DNA of 64,000 nt from a bacterium (GTDB lineage: Bacteria > UBA8248): contig OZ244799.1 of NCBI GenBank assembly GCA_965219955.1, positions 2,240,001 through 2,304,000 of the forward strand, given 5' to 3'. A program made the position numbers and the translations under genes. The notes beneath the pieces are model-generated. The model saw nothing but the letters and a program-made list of their open reading frames with translations, was not told the DNA's origin and searched no databases. Below, one piece after another: positions 33,139 to 42,048 of this stretch. Numbering within the stretch: the first letter of the stretch is position 1; each line of letters starts with the position of its first letter.

Positions 33139-34173
33139 TCAGGGCTTGAGCACCACCTTGAGGGACTCCCCCGCTTCGGCGGCGAGGCGGAAGCCCTCCT
33201 GCGCCTGCGCGAGCGGAAGCCTGTGGGTGATCATCTCCTCGACACCGATGCGGCCGGCGCGGATGAGCGCGAGCGCTTCTTCCAGATCGAGCGGGGCCGC
33301 GCCGTAGGTGGTGGTGATGGCGATCTGCTCGCTCCAGATGCGGTTCAGGTCGATTTCAGGGCGGTAGCCGGGCGGCGTGGGGGCGAAAAGCTGCAGGACG
33401 CCGCAGGTAGCTGTGCACGCGAGGGCCGTCTTAAGAGCCTCGGGCGCGCCCGCGCACAGGACGACGCGGTCCGCCAGGCGGCCCTCGTTCGCCTCCCGCA
33501 AGGCCTCCGCCATATTTTCGCATGGGGAAAGCACGCGCGCCCCGAAGCGCTCGGCGGCTTTGAGGCGATAAGGATGGACGTCTGCCGCGAAAACGGCGCC
33601 CGCTCCCAGGAGGCGCGCCGCCTGCACGTGCAGCAGTCCCGACATACCGCTTCCCACCACGAAGACGGAGAGACCCGGCGTCATACGAAAGCGCCGCCAG
33701 CCGCGCAGGACGCAGCCTAAAGGCTCGACGAACACGCCCGCATCGTCGGACACCGCATCGGGCAGATGGAACGTCCCCCGCTCCACGTTGACGGCGGGCA
33801 GACGGATGAACTCGGCGAAGCCGCCCGGGTCGAAATTCGTAGCTTTCAGCATCTCACACGCCGTGTGTTCGCCACGCAGACACAGCGCGCAGCGGTTGCA
33901 CGGAACGTGATGGGTGACGCAGACGCGGTCGCCTACTCGAAAACCCTCCACGCCCTCGCCTACTTCCGCGACGACGCCCGTCACCTCATGGCCCAGCACG
34001 CGCGGCGCGCTCTTCACCCGGTACCACTCCATGACGTCGCTTCCGCAGATGCCGCTCGCACGCGTCTCGACCAAAAGCTCGCCCGCTCCCGCGCGGGGCT
34101 TCTCCATCGCCTCGATCCGCACGTCGTCGTTTCGGTAATACACCGCCGCCCGTATGGTTTCCGCCATTTTCAT
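33139..34173 (-). CDS. Zinc-dependent alcohol/polyol dehydrogenase
   Basis: GICGSD, GHE, CNRCALC..C, GGFAE, VGSGMSG. Confidence 0.92.
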   Translation of the reverse strand: MKMAETIRAAVYYRNDDVRIEAMEKPRAGAGELLVETRASGICGSDVMEWYRVKSAPRVLGHEVTGVVAEVGEGVEGFRVGDRVCVTHHVPCNRCALCLRGEHTACEMLKATNFDPGGFAEFIRLPAVNVERGTFHLPDAVSDDAGVFVEPLGCVLRGWRRFRMTPGLSVFVVGSGMSGLLHVQAARLLGAGAVFAADVHPYRLKAAERFGARVLSPCENMAEALREANEGRLADRVVLCAGAPEALKTALACTATCGVLQLFAPTPPGYRPEIDLNRIWSEQIAITTTYGAAPLDLEEALALIRAGRIGVEEMITHRLPLAQAQEGFRLAAEAGESLKVVLKP

Positions 34174-34201
34174 ACTTCCTGCGTCGCGAGCCGAAACTCC
34201 A

Positions 34202-35089
34202 TCATACGCGGGCTTCCGCGCTCAAATCGGTGAACATCTCATAGGCCGCATCGGGGCTTAAATCCTCATGCACGACGGCGCGCACCGCCCGGATCATGGC
34301 GGCCGGATGCGCGCTCTGGAAGATGTTCCGGCCCATGTCCACGCCCGCTGCGCCCTCGTCCATGGCCCGGCGGCAGAACGCGAGCGCCTCGCGCTCGGGC
34401 ACCTTCTTGCCGCCCGCGATGACGATGGGCGCGAAACAACCGCGCACCACCCGCTCGAAGCCCTCGCAGTAATACGTCTTCACCACGTCCGCCCCGTGTT
34501 CGGCCGCGATGCGCGTCGCAAGCCCCAGATAGCGCGCGTCGCGCGTCATCTCCTTGCCCACCGCGGTGATGCCCAAAACGATCAGGCCCTCCCGGCGCCC
34601 CTCATCGCTCATTCTCGCCAGGTTCAGGATGGATTCTTTCTGGTAGCGCGCGCCCACGTAGACCGAAACCGATACGCCCGCCACGCCCAGGCGCGCCGCC
34701 TCCGCCGCCGAGACGGTGATGGACTCGTTCGAGAGTTCTCGGTTCACGATTTCATCGGCGATTCGCTCTCTCAGCGCCTCGTGCGCCGCTTCATCTTCCA
34801 TCCCCGCCGAGCGGATGCCGAGTTCACGCTCGAGTTCCACCGGATCGGAATAGACGATGGCGTTTCCGCCAGACGCCCGGAGGATTACGGGCGTCTTGCT
34901 TTCGGGCGGCATGCAGCGCAGGAAGACGCCCTTCGTGGGACTCACCGCGTCGCACCAGGGCAAAAGGGGTTCGATGGTCTTCGCGGGCTCTTCCAACCCC
35001 GAGGTCGGCCCCTGGAAATAGCCGTGGTCCACCGCCAGCATGACGATGCGCCCCGTCTTCTCGTTCATGATTTTCATATGGCTAGACAT
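34202..35089 (-). CDS. lsrF: LsrF-family class I aldolase/thiolase
   Basis: MLAVDHGYFQGPTSGLE, ELSNE, TAVGK..RDARY, VKTYY, IAGGKK, GVDMGRNIFQ; start at MSSH. Confidence 0.85.
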   Translation of the reverse strand: MSSHMKIMNEKTGRIVMLAVDHGYFQGPTSGLEEPAKTIEPLLPWCDAVSPTKGVFLRCMPPESKTPVILRASGGNAIVYSDPVELERELGIRSAGMEDEAAHEALRERIADEIVNRELSNESITVSAAEAARLGVAGVSVSVYVGARYQKESILNLARMSDEGRREGLIVLGITAVGKEMTRDARYLGLATRIAAEHGADVVKTYYCEGFERVVRGCFAPIVIAGGKKVPEREALAFCRRAMDEGAAGVDMGRNIFQSAHPAAMIRAVRAVVHEDLSPDAAYEMFTDLSAEARV

Positions 35090-35172
35090 TTTCCTCATTC
35101 TCCGGCAGTAGCCCGGGACGAGCCGCGTTTGGGAGTACGCAGGAGACGAGAATGGCCTCACGAGCAAACATT

Positions 35173-36153
35173 CTATGAATTCTCCGGCGGGAGCGGCGGG
35201 CCGCCCTTGTAGAAGGCGCGCGCCATGATTTGGTTTCTCGCCGTAAACTCCTCATCCCCGGTGTCTTCGGCCACCGCGCGCTTCAGGATGTTGAACTTCG
35301 CGTCCATGTCGTCCGCATAGTGCAGCAGGAGCGCCTCCGCCGACATGGGAACCTTCACCGTGCCCCAGTCGGGCTGGCCCTGGTGCGAGAGGATGAGGTG
35401 CTCCAGATGCAGCAGAAAATCCCCGGGCAGCGCGTCTCCTTCCTGGAACACACCCTCGCGCTCCGCCCAATCGCGGGCGATGTCGCGCCCCAGCACGATG
35501 TGGCCGAGGAGGCGGCCGGCGGGCGTGTAGTGCGTGGCACCCTCGGTGGAGAGTTCCTCCAGCTTGCCGATGTCGTGCAGGAGCGCGCCCGCGACGAGCA
35601 GGTCTTTCGAGACGTCGTATTTATCCGCGAGATACAGGCACGTTTTCGTGACCGACAGGGTGTGCTCCAGCAGGCCGCCCAGATAGGGATGGTGGATGCG
35701 CTGGGCGGCGGGCCACTCGCGGAATTTTTCTTCATAGGCGTCGAGGATGGCGGTGAGGTACGCCGCTACGAGCGGGTGGCAGCCGCCCGCGATGCGCTTC
35801 GCCTCCTCCCACATGACGTCGATGTCATAGGGCGTGCGCTGCACGCAGTCCTCGGGTCTGAAGCCGCTCTCATAGTCCTGCTCGTTCACCCGGCGGACGC
35901 GCTCCACCCGAAGCTGCATTCGGCCCTGGTAGTTCTCCGCCATGGCCCGCACCTTGATGAAATCGCCCGCCTCGATCGCGCCCTGCACCTGCGTCGCGGG
36001 CTCCCAGACCTTGGCGGGAACCTCGCCCGTGGCGTCTTCCAGCGTCAGATCGAGATACGCCCGGCCCGCGCGGCTCTGGCGCGCCTCGTATTCCCTGATT
36101 TTGAAGAAAGCATCGAACCGCTCGCCCTCTTTCAGCGTCGCTATATCGGTCAC
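35173..36153 (-). CDS. yhaM: OB-fold + HD-domain 3'-5' exoribonuclease YhaM family
   Basis: YLDLTLEDATG, PAA..IHH...GGLLEHT, LLHDIGK, GHI, SHQG. Confidence 0.88.
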   Translation of the reverse strand: MTDIATLKEGERFDAFFKIREYEARQSRAGRAYLDLTLEDATGEVPAKVWEPATQVQGAIEAGDFIKVRAMAENYQGRMQLRVERVRRVNEQDYESGFRPEDCVQRTPYDIDVMWEEAKRIAGGCHPLVAAYLTAILDAYEEKFREWPAAQRIHHPYLGGLLEHTLSVTKTCLYLADKYDVSKDLLVAGALLHDIGKLEELSTEGATHYTPAGRLLGHIVLGRDIARDWAEREGVFQEGDALPGDFLLHLEHLILSHQGQPDWGTVKVPMSAEALLLHYADDMDAKFNILKRAVAEDTGDEEFTARNQIMARAFYKGGPPLPPENS

Positions 36154-36321
36154 GAACCTGCGCTCCCAAACGAGAAATACGACCTCACCAGGTAATATGG
36201 ATCACGATTCGTCATTGTAGGGGCAAGGGGGGGTCAGTCGCAATGAAAGGCTTTCATAAGGGCGGGAGGCGGAGGAAACAGGTTTCCCGCAGCCTTTTCA
36301 TGGGTCAAATCAGGCAGCGTG

Positions 36322-36416
36322 GGGATTGTTGAAAAAGCCCCCCTGACAAGGGGGGGGTAAGAGCGATGCCCTCCACGAGGTTTTTTTCACCGGCCTCATG
36401 TAGGGGCGGTTCGCGA
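36322..36416. repeat. TIR left end plus truncated GTAG REP
   Basis: GGGATTGTTGAAAAAGCCCCCCTGACAAGGGGGGG matches the 27772 element; half REP GTAGGGGCGGTTCGCGA at 36400-36416. Confidence 0.6.
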
Positions 36417-36432
36417 TAGCTGAACGAGAAGC

Positions 36433-37473
36433 TCAGGCGGAAGTCTGTTCGTCACCACCCGGCTTTCGGGCGAGCATGAAATACAGAGTCGTCGAGATGC
36501 CCTTCCTTCCCCCCTCGACAGTGGCATCGGCGCCGACGTTGAAGATATCGCTCACGCGGCGACTGCCCCGGGCGGAGAGGCGGAGGAACTCCAGGATGCC
36601 GAGCACCTGGTTCGTCACACGACGTCCGAGCGGGGAACGCGCCATCGCTCGAATCGAGAACCCTTTTGATTCGAGCGGTGAGTACCAGGGCGTTTCCGGG
36701 TCCCCCTCCAGCGCGCGGTCGTTCGTCTCCAGGAGTTCGAAGCCGGCTGCCACCATGCTCGCGCAGCACTCTTCCGCCGTGATCAGATCTGGAATACCGT
36801 AGCCGAGCTGGATGCCGTGCTTGATTCGCCGATGTTCTTCGTTACCGGGATCGTAGCGATCGGTCATCACGCATTCATCGGCCACCAAAAGACCGCCGGG
36901 CTTCAGGACCCGAAACAACTCCGTGAAGACACGCGTCCGGTCGGGAGCATGGCAGGTCGACCCGATAGCGTAGATCCGATCATAGGTGGCATCGCCTGCC
37001 GGCAGGTCCATGAAGTCGGCCACCATCACCTCGCACTGCTTCGAGAGACCCGCTGCCTCGTTGTAACGCCGGGCCTTTTCGACCTGTTCGGGGACGACGT
37101 TGGCCCCGACGATCCGCGCTCCGGAGTAGCGCGCGATTTCGCGCATGGGCCCCCCGACCCCGCAACCGACATCGAAGACCAGCATCCCCGGCTTCAGCCC
37201 CAAGCGGTCGGAGACGTACCGTTCGTGCCGCCGGATCGCGTCGGCGAACGCCTCGCCCTTCTCGAAGGGACACATGTGGTGCGACCGTCCCCAGGCGATC
37301 TCGTACAGGCCGGCGCCCAGGGCATAGTGGCACCTGGCCAGAGTAACGTAGTTCTGCTTTCGGGCGGACACGGCCTCATCGTCGTTCTTCATGAAGAGGT
37401 CGATGTACAATTCGATCTTTTCGGATTTACTGACGTTGTCCGGCAGGTGTGACGATCGCGTCATGGCATTCAT
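36433..37473 (-). CDS. Sterol C24-methyltransferase-like SAM methyltransferase, divergent copy
   Basis: YEIAWGRSHH, DVGCGVGGPMREIA, YAIGSTCHAP, MTDRYDP..EEHRRIK..IQLGYGIP, PWY.PL, LYFMLARKP; start probably ATG 37473. Confidence 0.85.
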   Translation of the reverse strand: MNAMTRSSHLPDNVSKSEKIELYIDLFMKNDDEAVSARKQNYVTLARCHYALGAGLYEIAWGRSHHMCPFEKGEAFADAIRRHERYVSDRLGLKPGMLVFDVGCGVGGPMREIARYSGARIVGANVVPEQVEKARRYNEAAGLSKQCEVMVADFMDLPAGDATYDRIYAIGSTCHAPDRTRVFTELFRVLKPGGLLVADECVMTDRYDPGNEEHRRIKHGIQLGYGIPDLITAEECCASMVAAGFELLETNDRALEGDPETPWYSPLESKGFSIRAMARSPLGRRVTNQVLGILEFLRLSARGSRRVSDIFNVGADATVEGGRKGISTTLYFMLARKPGGDEQTSA

Positions 37474-37803
37474 TACACTCGATAGAATATGCCTGTTTAC
37501 TGTGTTTGGTGAGGTCTTGAACTTCGGGAGCGACCCGATTATCGGGTCAACCCGCAGACTATGTCGCAACGAATATGTTGGCTGTGACAATGAAATTTGT
37601 CAAGGAAAATGGATTCCGTCGAACCCTCCCGCCTTGGTCGGCTCCGACACCGGAATGACGGCGGGGCAGTTCGTCTCAACCGATGAGGAAGGGTTTGCTG
37701 CAAACGAGGAAAACATCGGCGCGCAAGCGCGCCTACTCGGGATGAGGAAGGTATTACGGGCATGGGCGGCGAATGCGCCACAGGCCATACCCCCTTGAGG
37801 ACA

Positions 37804-37820
37804 GCTTTTTCAACAACCCC
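37804..37820. repeat. TIR right end of the element family
   Basis: GCTTTTTCAACAACCCC, identical to 28086-28102. Confidence 0.65.
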
Positions 37821-37921
37821 TCCCCGGTCGGAATTCATCCCCATAAGCCGCGTCGCCCCGCTCCCTGTGCTATAAGGAAGCATCGGCGAAATTTTTGTCC
37901 TGATACTCATGGAGAAGACGC

Positions 37922-38608
37922 ATGGCAATCCTAAAAGCGCGGCCGCAGGAGGTGGAGATCGACCTGTCCCGCACCGCTTTCATCGTGGTCGACATGCAGA
38001 ACGCTTATGCGAAGAAGGGCGGAATGCTCGATTTGGGAACGGGCATCGACGAGGCCCGCACGAACCCCGTCATCGATGCCAACGGGCGCCTGCTTGATGC
38101 GGCGCGCGCGGCGGGCGTGAAGGTCATCTATCTCCAGTTCGGCTACAAGCCCGACTTGAGCGACGCCGGCGGACCGCAGTCGCCCAACGTCCGCAAGCAG
38201 ATGGCCATCCGGATGATCAAGGAACGCCCCGCGGACCGCGACAAGCTCATCATCGAGGGAACGTGGGGGTGGGAGATCATCGACGAGCTCAAGCCCGGGC
38301 CGGACGACCTGGTGGTGAAGAAGGCCCGCTACAGCGGTTTTGCGGGAACGACGCTGGAAAACCAGTTGAACGGCCTCGACATCCGGCACATCCTCTTCAC
38401 CGGCGTGGCCACGAACGTCTGCGTGGAGAGCACGGCGCGCGAGGCCTATTTCCGCGAGTTCTGGCCGATTCTCGTCGAGGACGCGATGGATCACACGGGA
38501 CCCGACTTCACCCGCGAGGCGACGCTCTACAACTTCGAATCGAAATTCGGCTGGGTGACGCAAACCGACGACGTTCTGGACATGCTGGAGCGCAACCAGG
38601 CCTCGTAG
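37922..38608 (+). CDS. rutB: Isochorismatase-family amidohydrolase, RutB-like
   Basis: ARPQEVEID, VVDMQNAY..KGGMLD, K.RYSGF, GVATNVCVEST, LYN.E..FGWV. Confidence 0.8.
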   Translation: MAILKARPQEVEIDLSRTAFIVVDMQNAYAKKGGMLDLGTGIDEARTNPVIDANGRLLDAARAAGVKVIYLQFGYKPDLSDAGGPQSPNVRKQMAIRMIKERPADRDKLIIEGTWGWEIIDELKPGPDDLVVKKARYSGFAGTTLENQLNGLDIRHILFTGVATNVCVESTAREAYFREFWPILVEDAMDHTGPDFTREATLYNFESKFGWVTQTDDVLDMLERNQAS

Positions 38609-39132
38609 GGGTTGTTGAAAGAGTCATCCTCGGTCGGAATTCAACCCTACCTGCGCAACTGCAGACTTAACTCCTGAACAGCATTATCCACAGACGAGAG
38701 AGAAGAGAATCACTCCCCCCTTGAGGGTCTGGCTTCCCGAGGGGAAAGCCAGACGAAGAAGCCGACCGTTTTTTGCGAAGGCTGATGCGGTGGGGGGTGA
38801 ATCGCGTTTTATCGCCATCCGAATTATCCCCCCACCGAATCGCTTTCGGGCTTGCGCCCTTAGCTCTTCGACTCCCCCTCAAGGGGGGAGTTGATCCCTT
38901 CTCTACTCGGTTGGCTTTGACCCTCAGGGGGGTAAGGGGGGTTGCCTTTATCCTCCGGCAAGGGTCTGCTGAAAAAGCCCACTATGCGTCCGGTCGGCGG
39001 CGCGATGACCTGTAGGGACAGGCCTCTGTGCCTGTCCTGCCTTTCGTGGTTGTCCTTCGTGAGGACAGGCACGGAGGCCTGTCCCTACGGCGAACAATCT
39101 CGAAGGTCGGATAGGACTTTTTCAACAGCCCC
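38608..39132. mobile_element. Composite TIR/REP element cluster
   Basis: Left ends at 38608 and 38962; right end GGACTTTTTCAACAGCCCC at 39114-39132; ACTCCCCCCTTGAGGG/CCCTCAAGGGGGGAGT inverted pair 38712-38891; GTAG REP pair 39012-39088. Confidence 0.7.
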
Positions 39133-39174
39133 CACAGCACGAGAAATTTCGAGTGGACCGGGCGCGGCGCGGAT

Positions 39175-39786
39175 TCAGTTTTGCTTGGGGATGCCCTTGA
39201 AGGCGTGCTCACCCCAGAGGTTCTTGAGCCTCTTGTCGCGGCCGCACGAGAAGCGGTAGTAGCGGTAGCGGAACGAGTTGTTCTGGTAATAGTTCTGGTG
39301 ATAATACTCGGCGGGGTAGAACGTGGCGGCGGTGAGGATCGGGGTGACGATCGGTTTGCCCAGAGCCTTTTGCGCCGCCTTCTTGGAGGCCTCTGCCGCC
39401 TTGCGCTGCTTTTCGTTCAGGGCGAAGACGGCGGTGCGGTAGGAATCGCCCCGGTCGCAGAACTGGCCGCCGTCATCGGTCGGGTCGACCGAATGCCAGA
39501 AAACGCTGAGCAGCGCCTCGTAGCTGACCTTCGCCGGGTCGTAGGTGATCTCCACCGCCTCGTAATGCCCCGTGTCGCCGTACGTGACTTCCTTGTAGGT
39601 CGGGTTCTTCGTCTTGCCGCCGGTATAGCCCGAAGTCGTCGAGACCACGCCCGGCACCTTGTCGAAATCAGACTCCACGCACCAGAAGCAGCCGCCGGCG
39701 AAGATCGCCTTTTCGAGCTTCTGCGCGCTCGCGGCGTGTGCGAAGAGTATAAGCGACGCGGCGAGCGTCAAAATGATCCATTTCAT
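39175..39786 (-). CDS. msrA: Exported peptide methionine sulfoxide reductase A
   Basis: Signal peptide, FAGGCFWCVE, SGYTGG, TGHYEAV, GQFCDRG, AEYYHQNYY. Confidence 0.95.
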   Translation of the reverse strand: MKWIILTLAASLILFAHAASAQKLEKAIFAGGCFWCVESDFDKVPGVVSTTSGYTGGKTKNPTYKEVTYGDTGHYEAVEITYDPAKVSYEALLSVFWHSVDPTDDGGQFCDRGDSYRTAVFALNEKQRKAAEASKKAAQKALGKPIVTPILTAATFYPAEYYHQNYYQNNSFRYRYYRFSCGRDKRLKNLWGEHAFKGIPKQN

Positions 39787-40023
39787 GATTCGTCTCCAAT
39801 GTTACGGGTCGGCGGCCTGTACTTTCGCGGTCGGTGTACGTGACGAACTGACGGGCGCGCCTGCGCTGATCCGCTCGCCCACCGTCAACCCGATGATGCC
39901 CACAGGTTGACCGGATTCGCAAGCGTTTTTTTTGATGACGGAATCCGGGCCTGGATGAAAGTCCGCATTAGTGTCCGGCGAGAGCAAGCGCAGCAACGAT
40001 TCGCGGCAATTTCGCTGTCTGCA

Positions 40024-40242
40024 TCACTCCTTCTTTCGGGGGCCTCGCTCGCGCGGGTCGCGCTCGGTGCGCATTCCATGAATTGCGCCCGATCCGGCGC
40101 TGCCTTTGTTCGCTGCGGCAGCTTCGGCTGTTTCTTTCGCCCGCCTGCGCGCGCGTTTGGCCGCACGGCGCATCGCGATCTCTGCACCAGCAAAATCAGG
40201 GTCTCGGGGCTTTTGCGTCGAATTCCGCTTCCTTGATTTCAT
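40024..40242 (-). CDS. Small protein coupled to the zeta-toxin-like ATPase (putative antitoxin/partner)
   Basis: ATGA overlap with upstream stop; DPDFAGAEIAMRRAAKRAR helix. Confidence 0.6.
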   Translation of the reverse strand: MKSRKRNSTQKPRDPDFAGAEIAMRRAAKRARRRAKETAEAAAANKGSAGSGAIHGMRTERDPRERGPRKKE

Positions 40243-40769
40243 CCCCTCTCCTCTTCCTTCAACAACTCCGGTTCAACACCTGCATTATCATACAAAGCCC
40301 ACCCGTCGACCAAGCCCCGATAGATTCGCTCGAAGTTGCGCCGGCCGGCGTCGAATCGCCTGCGAATCACTTCCTCGGGCACGTCGTGGCCTCCTTCGAG
40401 AACGCGCTGCGCGACGCGCGTGATCGCCACCTCGGGCGTCGGCAGTTGCAGGAAGAACAGCTTCACCCGGTAGTTCTGCTCCCGCCAGCGTGGAATATGG
40501 CGCGCATAATTCCGCCCGCTCAACGTCGTCTCGAAGGCGAAACTTTCTCCCCTAAGAACGTGTTCACAGATTTGCTCCAACATCCGCCTGCCGGACTGAA
40601 AACCGACCAGATGAGGATCGGAAGGGTCCAAGCCCGCCGCGATGTCGTCGGCGTTGATGAAAAGCGGGCAGTCCGCCTCGTTCGGCAGAAATTCCGTGGC
40701 GAACGTCGTCTTGCCCGCGCCGTTCGGCCCGGCGATGATGAATATCCGCTTCTCGCTCGCATCGGCCAA
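40239..40769 (-). CDS. Zeta-toxin-like P-loop ATPase/kinase (COG4185 type)
   Basis: IIAGPNGAGKTT, FINAD, FAFETTLSG, RVAQRV..GGHDVP, YDN; start uncertain. Confidence 0.85.
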   Translation of the reverse strand: MADASEKRIFIIAGPNGAGKTTFATEFLPNEADCPLFINADDIAAGLDPSDPHLVGFQSGRRMLEQICEHVLRGESFAFETTLSGRNYARHIPRWREQNYRVKLFFLQLPTPEVAITRVAQRVLEGGHDVPEEVIRRRFDAGRRNFERIYRGLVDGWALYDNAGVEPELLKEEERG

Positions 40770-40973
40770 TGCCGGCCTGCTCCTTTGCAAGTATCTCCAT
40801 ACTCCGCGTCAATTTCCTAAACTCATTGTCCCCGCGCCCCGCCCTGCACGCAAGGCCGGGCCGAAGCGCACCGCATCGCCCTGTGATATAAACAAGTTCC
40901 TGTGACGCGGATATTTCCATTGGAACGCGAGGGATTCCTAGGCTGTCCCCGATAAGACACGAACGAGGCGACG

Positions 40974-41456
40974 ATGAAAAAAACGACTCTCTTTCTGTGC
41001 GCGCTCGTCCTGATGACGCTCCCGTACGCGCCCGCGCCGGCCCGGGGGGCCGATCCTCCAAGACGCCTCAAGGCGCGCGTCACCAAGGTCTACGACGGGG
41101 CGAGCTTTCAACTCGGCGGCGGGCTGCGCTCTGCCCTGATCGGCGTGTCCGCGCCCGCTGCCGGCGCGCCGGGCGCGGAACAGGCGCATGCGTACCTGAA
41201 ACGCCTCATCGAGAACCGGACGGTGACTCTCGAAATCGACGAAAAACCCGTGGACGCTTCGGGACAGACGCTTTATTACGTCTTCCTCGAAGAAGGCGGC
41301 CTCGTGAACGCCCTCGTGGTGCTGCGGGGCCTGGGCCGCGCCCTCGTGAAACACCCCAACGTGCGCTACCGCAAGGAGCTGATAGAAGCCGAAAACCTCG
41401 CCAGGCGATACCGCCGCGGCGTGTGGGGCGACGAGCGCGACCCGATAGACAGGTAA
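40974..41456 (+). CDS. Exported thermonuclease (SNase)-fold protein, catalytic residues substituted
   Basis: Signal peptide; RVTKVYDG, LIGV.AP, VN..LV..GL, AE..AR..RRGVW. Confidence 0.78.
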   Translation: MKKTTLFLCALVLMTLPYAPAPARGADPPRRLKARVTKVYDGASFQLGGGLRSALIGVSAPAAGAPGAEQAHAYLKRLIENRTVTLEIDEKPVDASGQTLYYVFLEEGGLVNALVVLRGLGRALVKHPNVRYRKELIEAENLARRYRRGVWGDERDPIDR

Positions 41457-41543
41457 TTTCATACTGGCAGACCCGGTAGTGATGTTGGAGCCCTCGCAGC
41501 CCGCTTCATGCGGGCGGAGGCGGTTGAGCAATCGAATCCGCAG

Positions 41544-42011
41544 GGGGTTGTTGAAAAAGTCCCTTATGCGTCTCCCAGCAACCGCCAACTCCTCATTCCT
41601 CACCCTGAGTAGCCGCCGAAGAGCCTGTCCTGAGCTTGTCGAAGGGCGGCGTATCGAAGGGCGAGGGAAGTCGAATGCCTCGCGCCGGGCGAGAACAAAC
41701 GCTCATTCATCAATCGCGTTTGACCTTCGATATGCGGCTCCGCCGCTACTCAGGATGAGGAAGATGGGGGCGGAGCCTGTCCCGAGCGAAGTCGAGGGGC
41801 CGCTACTCAGGATGAGGCGGTGTGGTTTTGGTTCGTCATTCCGGCGAAAGCCGGAATCCATTTGCGGATGCGGGTGAGTACACAGCGGTGTTTCATTCCC
41901 CCCGATGCGCGGGAACCCTGACGAAAGGCAAAAGGCGTAAAAATGGATTCCGGCTTCCGCCGGAATGACGGCGGTGGTCAATTCCGAGCGATGAGGATTT
42001 TCAGCAGCCCC
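41544..42011. mobile_element. TIR-bounded element with nested REP pairs
   Basis: Left GGGGTTGTTGAAAAAGTCC; degenerate right ATTTTCAGCAGCCCC; CCTGAGTAGC/GCTACTCAGG pair; GTCATTCCGGCGAAAGCCGGAATCCA pair at 41835-41969. Confidence 0.7.
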
Positions 42012-42048
42012 GCATCAGTCGCGATTGGCCCCCATCATCCCCTGTGGA

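Noticed and set aside
41479-41981. ORFs containing VIPAEAGIH / MDSGFRRND (also 43479-44627, 44293-44583, 46738-47271, 27588-27878, 38667-39259)
   Set aside because: Translations of REP palindromes, not genes
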